A stretch of DNA of 44,517 nucleotides from a bacterium (lineage in GTDB: Bacteria; Patescibacteriota; Minisyncoccia; UBA6257; 2-01-FULL-56-20): NCBI GenBank assembly GCA_021777495.1, contig JAJYDL010000002.1, forward strand, positions 1 through 44,517, read 5' to 3'. The notes below the pieces were generated by a model. It was given only the letters and a program-made list of their open reading frames with translations. It was not told where the DNA came from and did not search any database. Below are positions 25,076-34,267 of this stretch, piece by piece. Positions within the stretch are counted from its first letter, which is position 1. Each line of letters begins with the position of its first letter. Made by a program: the position numbers and the translations under genes.

Positions 25076-27426
25076 GCTTTTGCGCGCGCGGCCGCACCTC
25101 CTGCCGTCTTTGTCCTTCCCGCCTTTTTCTTTTCGCCCGGGGGATTCTCGAGCCAGTTCTTATATGCTTCTCCGAGCTCTTCCTCGGATTCCGGCTTTTT
25201 GTTCGTGACGAAGGTGCAGTCGGGATAGCGCGTACAGGCGTAAAACGGTTTGCCGCGGCCCCGGGATTTCTTGAGCACGATATCGCCGATCAGCTTCTCT
25301 TTCGTATTCTTTATGGGATCGTTCTCGTCCGGCTTCCACTCGCCCGATGCCACTTTTGCGAGGCAGTTGGGACACTTGAATCCGGTTTTGTCCCATATCT
25401 TCGCGACGCCTTTGCATGTCGGATAATCGACGCAGCCGAGGAAGAACCCGAACCTTCCGCGCCGCACCTTCATCGGCTTGTTGCAGATCGGGCAGCGCTC
25501 GTCCTTCGTTTTTTCCTCGAGGGCGCGAATCTGCGCGGCCTCCTCCGGCATGGGAAGCGTCACCTTCACGCCCGGCTCGGGGCATGCGAGGAATTTCCCC
25601 ATCCGTCCGAACTTGATGATCATGGGCTTGCCGCAGTGGGGGCAGGGCGTGTCCGATATCTCCACCTGTTTTTCCACGGTCGCCTCCTTTTCCTCGAGAT
25701 CCTTTTTGAAGGGCGTATAGAACTCGCGGCACACCTCCGTCCACCCGAGCTTCCCTTCCGCCACCTCGTCGAATCCCTCCTCGATCTTCGAGGTGAATTT
25801 GAGGTCCACGATCTCGGGGAAGTTTTCAACGAGGAGGTCGTTCACAAGGATGCCGATTTCGGTCGGACGGTATTTCTTATCCTCCTTCTCCACGTACCCT
25901 CGTTCCTGGATCGTGGAAAGGGTGGGGGCATAGGTGGACGGCCTTCCGATCCCTTCCGCTTCGAGCGCCTTCACGAGCGTGGCGTCCGTGTAGCGCGCCG
26001 GAGGTTCGGTGAAATGCTGGATGGGCGAGGGATTCTCCTTGCCTTCGTCCGCGGGCGCGAGCGCGACGGCCGATCCTTCCGTAAGCTTGGGGAGCACGCT
26101 TTCGATCTCCGCATTCGCATCATCGTCCCTTCCTTCCGTATAGACCCGGATGAATCCGTCGAATACGACGGTCTGTCCGTTCGCGCGGAACGTCGCGCCG
26201 CCCGGTATGTCCGCCGCGATGTCCGCGGACGTCTGTTCGAGGATCGCTTCTTTCATCTGGGATGCGATCGTGCGTTTCCAGATGAGATCGTACAGGCGGG
26301 CCTCTCCGCGGTCCTTCAGCGAGAAATTTTCCCCGACGATCGCGGCGAGGTTCGTCGGACGGATGGCTTCGTGCGCTTCCTGTGCGCCTTTGCTCCGGTT
26401 CGCGTAGTAACGGGGCGATGCGAGGCGGTAGCCGTCCCCGAACTCGCTCCCGATCACTTCCTGCGCGGCGGCGAGCGCGGCCTGGGCGAGGTTCACGCTG
26501 TCCGTGCGCATATAGGTGATGTGCCCGTTCTCGTAGAGATGCTGGGCGATCACCATGGTCTGCTTTGCGGAGAATCCGAGCTTGCGCGCGGCCTCCTGCT
26601 GGAGGGTGGAGGTCGTGAAGGGAGGGGCGGGGTTCCTGCGCACTTCCTTCGTCGTGATCCCGGCGACCGAGTAGCGGGCGCCTTCGAGTGCCGCAAGGAC
26701 GGTGCGTGCCTGCGCCTCGTTCGTGATGGCCATCTTGCCGAGCGTCTTGCCGTCCTTCGAATGGAGATATGCGGGGAAGATCGCGTTCTTTGCGCTTTTG
26801 CCGTCCGCGGCGAAGTCGGCCTCGATCGTCCAGTACTCCTCTTTATTGAATGCCTGGATCTGGCGCTCGCGTTCCGCGATGAGCCGGACCGCCACGCTTT
26901 GCACGCGTCCCGCCGAAAGTCCGTAGCGGATCTTGCGCCAGAGGAAAGGAGAGAGCTCGTAGCCGACGAGCCGGTCCACCACGCGCCTTGCCTGCTGGGC
27001 GTCCACGAGGTTCACGTCGAGCGCGCGGGGATGCCGGAGCGCCTCGAGGATCGCGCCTTTCGTGATCTCGTGGAACGCGATGCGTTCGTACGGTTTCGGC
27101 GCAGCCTTCCCTTTGCCGCGCGCGCCGCCGTCGAGCTCGAGCGCCGTGACGAGGTGCCAGGCGATCGCTTCCCCTTCGCGGTCCTCGTCGGTTGCAAGAA
27201 TCACCTTGTCCGCCTTCGCCGCGAGCTTCTTGAGGTTCGCAACCACCGGCTCCGCTTTTTTGGGGATGATGTACTGGGGCGCGAAGTCGCGCTTCACGTC
27301 GATACCGATCTTGCTTTTCGGAAGGTCGCGAATATGGCCGTACGACGACTCGACGGTGAATTCCTTGCCGACGAACTTTCCGATGGTCTTCGCTTTTGTT
27401 GGCGATTCTACGATGATGAGGTCCAT
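25069..27426 (-). CDS. topA: DNA topoisomerase I
   Basis: It has the TOPRIM opening (LIIVESPTKAKTI), the active-site region (...TYMRTDS) and three C-terminal zinc ribbons (CPHCGKPM, CPICNKPM, CPNC...). Confidence 0.95.
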   Translation of the reverse strand: MDLIIVESPTKAKTIGKFVGKEFTVESSYGHIRDLPKSKIGIDVKRDFAPQYIIPKKAEPVVANLKKLAAKADKVILATDEDREGEAIAWHLVTALELDGGARGKGKAAPKPYERIAFHEITKGAILEALRHPRALDVNLVDAQQARRVVDRLVGYELSPFLWRKIRYGLSAGRVQSVAVRLIAERERQIQAFNKEEYWTIEADFAADGKSAKNAIFPAYLHSKDGKTLGKMAITNEAQARTVLAALEGARYSVAGITTKEVRRNPAPPFTTSTLQQEAARKLGFSAKQTMVIAQHLYENGHITYMRTDSVNLAQAALAAAQEVIGSEFGDGYRLASPRYYANRSKGAQEAHEAIRPTNLAAIVGENFSLKDRGEARLYDLIWKRTIASQMKEAILEQTSADIAADIPGGATFRANGQTVVFDGFIRVYTEGRDDDANAEIESVLPKLTEGSAVALAPADEGKENPSPIQHFTEPPARYTDATLVKALEAEGIGRPSTYAPTLSTIQERGYVEKEDKKYRPTEIGILVNDLLVENFPEIVDLKFTSKIEEGFDEVAEGKLGWTEVCREFYTPFKKDLEEKEATVEKQVEISDTPCPHCGKPMIIKFGRMGKFLACPEPGVKVTLPMPEEAAQIRALEEKTKDERCPICNKPMKVRRGRFGFFLGCVDYPTCKGVAKIWDKTGFKCPNCLAKVASGEWKPDENDPIKNTKEKLIGDIVLKKSRGRGKPFYACTRYPDCTFVTNKKPESEEELGEAYKNWLENPPGEKKKAGRTKTAGGAAARAKAK

Positions 27427-27429
27427 ATG

Positions 27430-28572
27430 CTATCGATGGTCGTTTAATGAAAATCCTCCCGATTCCTCCCGTATCAATCCCTTCATTATAAGGAAGGTGA
27501 GCGTACGGTTGACGATTCGGGGTTCAAGTTTAGCCGCGGCCGAGATTTTGTCAATGTCGGCCGCCGTGCCGTGCGCGGCGCATTCATGCGCGACCGCATC
27601 GAGTACGTCCGATTCCTCGCCGGTGAGCGTTCCGGTGCGGCGTTTCCATTCCGCATATCCGTCCCGCGTCCCGTCCGCTTTCTTTATTACCATACCATAA
27701 CTTTCGAGAATGTCCTCTGGGGACGTCACGAGGGCCGCGCCCTGCTTGATGAGGCTGTTGGAACCGCGGTAATGCTCGTGAAGCGCGCTTCCGGGGAGCA
27801 CGAAGAGGTCGCGGTTCTGTTCGAATGCGAACCGCGCGGTCGAGAGCGCCCCCGATCCCTCGGGCGCCTCCACGACCACGATGCCCCGCGAAAGTCCGCT
27901 GATGATCCGGTTCCGTTCGATGAACCTGCGGGGGAGCGGCGTTTCGCCGGGAGGATATTCCGCCACGAGCGCGCCGCCTTCTTTGATGATCCGTTCCGCA
28001 AGGGACCGGTTGCCTTTGGGATAGATCCCTTCGAGCCCTCCCGCAAGCACCGCCACCGCGGATCCACTCCGTCCTTCGAGGCAGCCTTCGTGGCCTGCCG
28101 CATCGATGCCGAACGCGAGGCCGCTCGCGATTGCGAATCCGTGCGCCGAAAGAGTGCGGCCGAAGCGCCGTGCGAGCATCTTTCCTTCCGGCGTTGCGCG
28201 GCGCGTGCCGACGATCGCCATCATCCGGATCTCCCCGCGGCCGCCCGCACCGAGCGCCTCCGCATTTCCTTTTACATAGAGCGCGTGGGGAGGATGGGGA
28301 ATCTCCCGGAGCCCCGGAGGAAAGGCGGGATCGTCCGCGAGGATGACGCGGATGCCCGCGCGTTCGGCCGTTTCGGCGAGGTATTCGGGAGTGGAAAGGC
28401 GAGGACGGGTCTCCGCGCGGAAGAGCGGTTCCGTGTCCCGGCGGGACCGTTCCGCGAACGCCGCATAGGCATCCGCCCAGCACGCATATCCCTTCCGCGC
28501 TTTTTCGATGGCCTTGCGATCCCCGAGGAGGGCAGTTGCAAGCGCATGATAATGCATAGATTCGCGTTCCAT
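27430..28572 (-). CDS. dprA: DNA processing protein DprA (Smf)
   Basis: It has the Rossmann-like DprA core (GLAFGIDAAGHEG......VLAGGL, ...FIERNRIISGLS.G..VVEA...SGAL.TA) and a C-terminal winged helix. It lies 3 nt upstream of topA. Confidence 0.9.
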   Translation of the reverse strand: MERESMHYHALATALLGDRKAIEKARKGYACWADAYAAFAERSRRDTEPLFRAETRPRLSTPEYLAETAERAGIRVILADDPAFPPGLREIPHPPHALYVKGNAEALGAGGRGEIRMMAIVGTRRATPEGKMLARRFGRTLSAHGFAIASGLAFGIDAAGHEGCLEGRSGSAVAVLAGGLEGIYPKGNRSLAERIIKEGGALVAEYPPGETPLPRRFIERNRIISGLSRGIVVVEAPEGSGALSTARFAFEQNRDLFVLPGSALHEHYRGSNSLIKQGAALVTSPEDILESYGMVIKKADGTRDGYAEWKRRTGTLTGEESDVLDAVAHECAAHGTAADIDKISAAAKLEPRIVNRTLTFLIMKGLIREESGGFSLNDHR

Positions 28573-28726
28573 GGCGTTCCGTGTATTCTACTATAAAGGT
28601 CCATTCCTCCATTCCGAAAGCATTCCTTCATTTTTTCTTTATATACCCCCTTCTTGTTCCTCCCCGCGCGCCATAGGCCCTTCGGTCGGGGGGGGCGGTC
28701 TCGTGGCGTCCCCGGGGCCTTTATTC

Positions 28727-28732
28727 TATAAT
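28727..28732 (+). promoter_or_regulatory. -10 box TATAAT upstream of the gene at 28749
   Basis: The sequence reads ttattcTATAATtaaagtacgcaattttATG. Confidence 0.4.
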
Positions 28733-28748
28733 TAAAGTACGCAATTTT

Positions 28749-29279
28749 ATGCACGACAGTTTCAAGGTGCGGTTCTGGATAGGCACGGTCGTGATCGTCT
28801 GCAGCATCGTTGCCGCATTCGTGGCCTTTTCGTATTTTTCGGGAGCCATTAGTGCGGAAGCCGATCAGATCGTCATGGCGAAAACGAAGGCAGGGAACGA
28901 CGCGAGCTCGCTTTCGAGCCTTGCATCGCTCGAGGCCGCCGCGCCGCAGGCCGCGCAGTACGATGCCGCGATCAAGCAGCTTATTCCCGACCAGTCCGGC
29001 CTCCTTACGTTCAGCGTCTGGATGGCTCAGGTCGCCTCGCGGTTCCAGGTGAACTCCACGGTTTCGTATCAGGGCACCCCTGTTCCTCCCTCGGGGAATA
29101 TGCCCGGAAATGCGGGATTCACCCTGAGCGCCCAGGGACCCGAAGGGAGCATGATCCCGTTCCTCGATTATCTTGCGACGCAAGCCCCCGGGTTCATCGT
29201 TTCCTTTACGTCGGTGGATTTCACGAATGACCATACCCAGGAGACCGTGACCGCGCAAGGCGTCACTTATTTCCGATAA
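28749..29279 (+). CDS. PilO-like membrane protein (tentative)
   Basis: It has an N-terminal TM (FWIGTVVIVCSIVAAFVAF), a short coiled segment, then ...LIPDQSGLLTFSVWMAQVASRFQV.... This is PilO-like architecture, but the assignment is weak. Confidence 0.4.
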   Translation: MHDSFKVRFWIGTVVIVCSIVAAFVAFSYFSGAISAEADQIVMAKTKAGNDASSLSSLASLEAAAPQAAQYDAAIKQLIPDQSGLLTFSVWMAQVASRFQVNSTVSYQGTPVPPSGNMPGNAGFTLSAQGPEGSMIPFLDYLATQAPGFIVSFTSVDFTNDHTQETVTAQGVTYFR

Positions 29280-29281
29280 CG

Positions 29282-29722
29282 ATGAAGCTCCAACCGCTGA
29301 AATCATTCCTTAAATCCCATACCGAGGCGCTTCTCATGCTCTCCGCGGTGATATTCATTGCGGCCATCGTGTGGCTCCTCTATGCGGTCGTCGGGACCAT
29401 TGTGACGCAGGTAGACCGATCCGTCGTGAATCCTCCGATCGCGTCCCAGCCCGGATTCGATCTTCAGGATGCCTCACGCATCGATTTCCGTGGTATTTCC
29501 ACATCCTCGCCGCAGACATCCTCGCTTCCCGCTTCGGGAGCATCTTTGTCCGTACCATCGTCCGCCTCCGCAACCGGTTCCCTGTCGGCGCTTCCGGGGA
29601 CGGCGTCATCGACCGCTTCCCGTGCGTCTTCGTCCGGGAGCGTCCCTCCGCCGGCGGTCACCGGGTCTTCCTTGGGCAACACCTCGAGCATTATGGGCGT
29701 ATCTTCCGCGACCCTGAAGTAG
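29282..29722 (+). CDS. Hypothetical membrane-anchored Ser/Thr/Pro-rich protein
   Basis: It has a TM (LLMLSAVIFIAAIVWLLYAVVG) and a low-complexity S/T/P tail. It starts 2 nt after the previous stop. Confidence 0.5.
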   Translation: MKLQPLKSFLKSHTEALLMLSAVIFIAAIVWLLYAVVGTIVTQVDRSVVNPPIASQPGFDLQDASRIDFRGISTSSPQTSSLPASGASLSVPSSASATGSLSALPGTASSTASRASSSGSVPPPAVTGSSLGNTSSIMGVSSATLK

Positions 29723-29754
29723 CCGCAAGTATTTCGTATCGGGGATGTTCCAAT

Positions 29755-29786
29755 AAAAACAGCGGCGCGTGTACGCCGCTGTTTTT
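29755..29786. terminator. Bidirectional terminator between the 29282 gene and nrdJ
   Basis: AAAAACAGCGGCG-CGTGTA-CGCCGCTGTTTTT. Confidence 0.75.
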
Positions 29787-29806
29787 CTTTCGCGAATGGT
29801 CGCGGA

Positions 29807-32122
29807 TTACGCCGCTGCCGTCGCTACGCCGCTGCTTGCCGCAGCTTCGGCCGCAAGGGCATCGTCGATCTCGCATACGCCTCCCGCGCACGCGAGCTCC
29901 TGCTTCGCGTCCGTCTCATCGCTCTTTTCGTAGAGGAGGATCTGGGAGAAGTCTATCTCCGGCATCTTCGATGCCATTTCCTCGTACCGCTCCTTCGTGA
30001 TCTCTTCGTACGGCGCAAGGAGATACGCATGATCCTCGCGCGGGAGGAAGGAAAGCCCTCCGACGAGCTCCCAGTTCTCGTAGACCCAGTTCGCTACGCC
30101 GATCCATTCGTCCGTCCCCACGGATACCGTAACGGAGGGGTTGTGCTCGGTGTAATTCACCTTCACCTTCTTCCAGTGCTCCAGCTGATCGATGGCGGTC
30201 AGATCGTTCTTGAAGACCGCTCCTTCCGGGGCCTTTACCGGGAATTCGAGGACGTATGTGGTCGCCGCGGAGAGCGACTGGCCCACTTCCGGGAAATAGG
30301 GGATCTTTTGGTCCTTCATCATCTGGAAGAGCGAATCGGTGGCGCTGATGCGCACGCGGCGGATGTAGTATTGCGCATGGCGGGGATGGAGCCCGGAGGC
30401 CGCATCCACGGTCTGCGATACCGTACCCGACGGCTTCACGCAGGTGACCGCCATGGACGCCGAGATGCCGAACCGCTTCGCATACTCTTTGTTCACCTCA
30501 ATCGCCCGGTCGCGGAGCTTCCGAAGCACGGCCTCATCGCGTGCGACGGGGCTGTCCCACTGTCCGGTGACGGACACGCCGAGCAGGCGCTCCGCTTCCA
30601 CGTGTTCCTTCCATTCCTTTGAAAGGTAGGGGAAATTGGTGAGCGTGGACTGATAGGTGCCGAGAATCGCGGCGATGCGGATCTTCCTGAGGAGGGTCTC
30701 CTCCGTATCTTCCGCGCGGGCTACCACCTCGGAAAGGTTGCAGAACTCCTTGGGCTGGAGGAGTACCTCGCCGCAGGGGTTCGTTCCTATGGAGTTGATG
30801 ACTTCTCCGAGAGCTTTCTTTCTGCGCTCGGGGAGCTGGGACGCCAGGCTGCCGCGATTGAAGATGCCGCGTTCCCCCGTATGGCTTTCGACGAGCGAGA
30901 GCCATTCCTGAAGGAACGCTTCCGAGCTTGGTTTCTCCGCGTAGACGGCGGAGTTGTTCGCCATCGTGCGCTGGGGTTCCGTGAAGTAGAACTGGCCCTG
31001 CTTCGCTTCGCGCATCTCCGTGTCGTCGAGGTCGGAGAGCGAGATCATCGCGCTCCGGCGCACGCCGCCCGCCACGACTATTTCGCCGATCTTGCAGCAG
31101 ATATCATGGACGTCGATGTTCGAAAGGCGCCGCCCCTGTTTCGCGAATATCTTCGCGCGAGCGAAGGCGAGGAGCGAGCGCAGCGGATCGGGCCCCGAGC
31201 TCTTGCCGCCCATCGTCTTGAGGCGCGCCCCGGCCGGCCGGACCATCGAATAATCGAAGTCGATGTCCTTGCCGTCGAACCACGTCTTGAGCCCGAGCGT
31301 GAGGGCGTCGCACCATCCTTCCTTGCTGTCGGCGATCGTGTGGACCGCAACCTTCTTGCCGGTCTGCTTTTTGATCTGGGGGAGGTTCTGCACGTTCTGG
31401 CTTTCCACGGAGAATCCTACGCCCGTGCCGCACATCGAGATGTACATGATCTCCGCGAAGTCCTCGAGTCTCTGCGGCGCCACGAACGAGCAGTTGTACG
31501 CCGCCACGTTCGTCGCCCGCGTCGCGGTGCCGGCGAATTGGAGGAGCCGCATGGACGGCATGGCTTCCTGTTTCAAAATGGCTTCGCGGACCTCTTCGTA
31601 TTCTTTGTCCGTGAGCTTCGTCCCGAGATTCTCCTTCATGAAGTCGATGTACCGTCCCACGGTCTCGACCCATGTCTCGCGCCGTCCCTCTTCCGGGATC
31701 CACTTGGAATACGTGCGGTAGTACACGAACTCCGCAAGCTGATTCCGGAAATATTTTTTGCTCTTTTCGGCGAGCTCGCGCACGTGTGCGGGAATTTCTT
31801 TTTTCTTCTCGCGCACCTGGGCACGCTCGTTGCGGTAGAGGATATAGGCCTTTGCGGTTTTCGCGTAATCCATAAGGATCAGTTCGGTCTCAACGACGTC
31901 CTGGATCTCCTCGATCGTCGGCACGTGGTCCTTGGGGTACCGCTTCATGAGGGCGCCGATGACCTGTTCCGCCACCTTTTCCGCATCCTGGCGAACCGTC
32001 GTCTCTCCGGTCGCTTGCATGGCTTTCGCGATCGCGTTCGTTATCTTGCTTCCGTCGAAGGTCACGATCCTTCCGTCCCTCTTTTTTACCTGTGAGAAAT
32101 GCTCTTTTACCGCGCCGGCCAT
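29807..32122 (-). CDS. nrdJ: Class II (adenosylcobalamin-dependent) ribonucleotide reductase with an N-terminal ATP-cone
   Basis: The ATP-cone is VKKRDGRIVTFDGSKITNAI. The class II hallmark is GTNPCGEVLLQPKEFCNLSEV, and the protein is 771 aa. Confidence 0.88.
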   Translation of the reverse strand: MAGAVKEHFSQVKKRDGRIVTFDGSKITNAIAKAMQATGETTVRQDAEKVAEQVIGALMKRYPKDHVPTIEEIQDVVETELILMDYAKTAKAYILYRNERAQVREKKKEIPAHVRELAEKSKKYFRNQLAEFVYYRTYSKWIPEEGRRETWVETVGRYIDFMKENLGTKLTDKEYEEVREAILKQEAMPSMRLLQFAGTATRATNVAAYNCSFVAPQRLEDFAEIMYISMCGTGVGFSVESQNVQNLPQIKKQTGKKVAVHTIADSKEGWCDALTLGLKTWFDGKDIDFDYSMVRPAGARLKTMGGKSSGPDPLRSLLAFARAKIFAKQGRRLSNIDVHDICCKIGEIVVAGGVRRSAMISLSDLDDTEMREAKQGQFYFTEPQRTMANNSAVYAEKPSSEAFLQEWLSLVESHTGERGIFNRGSLASQLPERRKKALGEVINSIGTNPCGEVLLQPKEFCNLSEVVARAEDTEETLLRKIRIAAILGTYQSTLTNFPYLSKEWKEHVEAERLLGVSVTGQWDSPVARDEAVLRKLRDRAIEVNKEYAKRFGISASMAVTCVKPSGTVSQTVDAASGLHPRHAQYYIRRVRISATDSLFQMMKDQKIPYFPEVGQSLSAATTYVLEFPVKAPEGAVFKNDLTAIDQLEHWKKVKVNYTEHNPSVTVSVGTDEWIGVANWVYENWELVGGLSFLPREDHAYLLAPYEEITKERYEEMASKMPEIDFSQILLYEKSDETDAKQELACAGGVCEIDDALAAEAAASSGVATAAA

Positions 32123-32560
32123 ATCTTTAGGGTTCTTTTATATGGTTTATGATAGGGTGACCTTGTGAGCGGATCCGGTGCGTGTATACCGGGGCTCCTC
32201 ACTATTGAACCACCGCGTGCGCACGGAGAGAATCCGATGGCTACCGCAAAAAAATATTTCGAGAGGCGTGGCAATTCTCTCCGCGCGGTGCGGTATTGTT
32301 TTCTTCGGCAAAACCTTGCATGGGGATGGGCGGGGTGATTGGGATTTTGAGAGTCGTTGCGATGACAATAATGTCGTCACTTTTCACTTCCGGGGGATCC
32401 CGGAGGAGGTATTCTTATTTAAACCTTGTTTTATGCTGTTTGCGGACGATATCGCCACGAGCACACTCTTTGGTGCGGTATGTGTATTGTGCGATTTCCG
32501 TGCATACCCGCGCCTGTTCATTGAATATTCCGGTATCGGCGGGAGAATGAATCTAACGCC

Positions 32561-33094
32561 ATGCTCATGGTCTTTACCGGTAATGGAAAGGGGAAGACGA
32601 CCGCCGCCATAGGCCAGGCGATCCGTGCTTTAGGGCAGGGAAAACGGGTCTTTATGATTCAGTTTATCAAGAGTTCCCGGTATCCGAGCGGCGAAGACGA
32701 CATTCTTCCGCATATTGCCGCCCCTTCCGGCCAAATGATCCATTTTGAAAAGGGCGGCCTTGGGTTCGTGGGGATCCTCGGCGATACCCTTCCTTTCGAA
32801 GAGCACCGGGCGGCGGCGGGGCGCGCCCTTGGGAAGGCGGCTGCGGCCGTATGTTCGGGCGAGTATGACCTCGTTATTCTGGATGAAGTGAATGTGGCCC
32901 TCGACCTCCACCTCCTCGCCCTTGAGGATGTCACCGCGTTCCTTGATGCGGCCCCTGATGCCGTGGACGTCATTTTTACGGGACGCTATGCGCATTCGGA
33001 GGTTCTTTACCGCGCCGATCTCGCCACCCGTTGCGAGGAGCTCTCCCATCCCTACCGCAGTCATGCGCCGGCGCGGAGCGGTATCGAATATTGA
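32561..33094 (+). CDS. cobO: ATP:cob(I)alamin adenosyltransferase (CobA/CobO/BtuR type)
   Basis: The P-loop is VFTGNGKGKTTAA. The blocks ...FIKS..., ...DLVILDE.. and ..TGR are typical of the family. Confidence 0.8.
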   Translation: MLMVFTGNGKGKTTAAIGQAIRALGQGKRVFMIQFIKSSRYPSGEDDILPHIAAPSGQMIHFEKGGLGFVGILGDTLPFEEHRAAAGRALGKAAAAVCSGEYDLVILDEVNVALDLHLLALEDVTAFLDAAPDAVDVIFTGRYAHSEVLYRADLATRCEELSHPYRSHAPARSGIEY

Positions 33095-33108
33095 TCTACG
33101 GATATCGC

Positions 33109-34212
33109 ATGTACGAGTATCTTTTGAGACCCATCCTTTTCAGGTTCGACCCGGAGCGGGTGCATGATTTTTTCGTGTGGTTTGGCGAGCGTCTGGGAAA
33201 TAATCCTGCCGGTCGCACCCTTGTCCGCACGTTTTCCGCGTACCGGCATCCTTCCCTGCGGACGAGGGTGGCCGGGATCGCGTTCGAAAATCCCATCGGG
33301 CTTGGTGCCGGGTTCGACAAGGACGTCCGCCTTACCCGCATCATGCCTTCGGTGGGGTTCGGATTCATGGAGGTTGGCGCCGTGACGCGGCGGCCGTATG
33401 AGGGCAATGCCGGACGCAGGCTGGTGCGTCTTCCCGACGATCATTCGCTCATCGTATATTACGGTCTCAAGAATGTCGGCGCGGAGGATGTCCTCCGCCG
33501 GCTTCCCGCGCTCCAGGCGAACGGGAAGTTCGGCATTCCGGTGGGCGTGAACATCGCGAAGACGAACCGCGCGGATATAAAGGGCGGGGCATCCATCGAG
33601 GATTATGCGGCGACCTATCGCATGCTCGGACCCCATTTCAGCTACGTCACGCTCAATATCTCCTGCCCAAACGCCCAGGACGGCTGTACATTCCAGGAGC
33701 CGCACATGCTGGACGGGCTCCTCGCGGCGCTTTCCCGCGAACGGAAATATTGTCCCGCGTTCCTCAAGATATCGAGCCATCTTTCCGTCGAGGAAACCGA
33801 TGCCATCCTCGACGTTGTCGCACGATATCCGTTCGTCGACGGGTTCGTGGTGGGGAATCTCTCCAAGCGGCGCGACCGCCTCGTGTTGCGTTCTCCGCGG
33901 GAGCGCCTCGACCTGCTTCCCCAAGGCGGCATTTCCGGCGTTCCCGTCAAGGATATTTCCACGGATCTCATACGCCATATCCGTCGCCGGACCGGAGGGC
34001 GGTATGCCCTCATCGGCCTCGGGGGCGTGTTCACCGCGGAAGATGCATACGAAAAGATCCTTGCGGGAGCTTCGCTCGTCCAGGTCGTCACCGGGCTCAT
34101 TTACGGAGGCCCTCGTGCCGTGCGGCGCATCAATAAGGGGCTTGCCGGACTTCTTGCGCGCGACGGCTATGCGCATGTTGCCGATGCGGTGGGGAAGGGG
34201 GTCCGGGCATAG
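33109..34212 (+). CDS. pyrD: Dihydroorotate dehydrogenase, class-2-like architecture
   Basis: The internal ATG gives MYEYLLRPILFRFDPERVHDF, close to the E. coli PyrD N-terminus as I recall it. Other blocks are NPIGLGAGFDKD, GAVTRRP..GN and LNISCPN (Cys codon 33664..33666). Confidence 0.85.
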   Translation: MYEYLLRPILFRFDPERVHDFFVWFGERLGNNPAGRTLVRTFSAYRHPSLRTRVAGIAFENPIGLGAGFDKDVRLTRIMPSVGFGFMEVGAVTRRPYEGNAGRRLVRLPDDHSLIVYYGLKNVGAEDVLRRLPALQANGKFGIPVGVNIAKTNRADIKGGASIEDYAATYRMLGPHFSYVTLNISCPNAQDGCTFQEPHMLDGLLAALSRERKYCPAFLKISSHLSVEETDAILDVVARYPFVDGFVVGNLSKRRDRLVLRSPRERLDLLPQGGISGVPVKDISTDLIRHIRRRTGGRYALIGLGGVFTAEDAYEKILAGASLVQVVTGLIYGGPRAVRRINKGLAGLLARDGYAHVADAVGKGVRA

Positions 34213-34267
34213 GTCTCTGGACATTTCGCGCGCGTTCTTCTATAAGGGGAGAAGAAGGAGGTGCCTC

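Noticed and set aside
32123-32560. A cobalamin riboswitch or paired NrdR boxes in the nrdJ/cobO spacer.
   Set aside because: I looked on both strands for the B12-box/GCCACTG core and the GGTG..AA.CC blocks, and for 16-bp acaCwAtATaTwGtgt palindromes. I found only loose partial matches (GAGAATCCG, GCCACG, CCATATAAAAG). This is not enough to call either element, so the region is reported only as an unexplained structured spacer.
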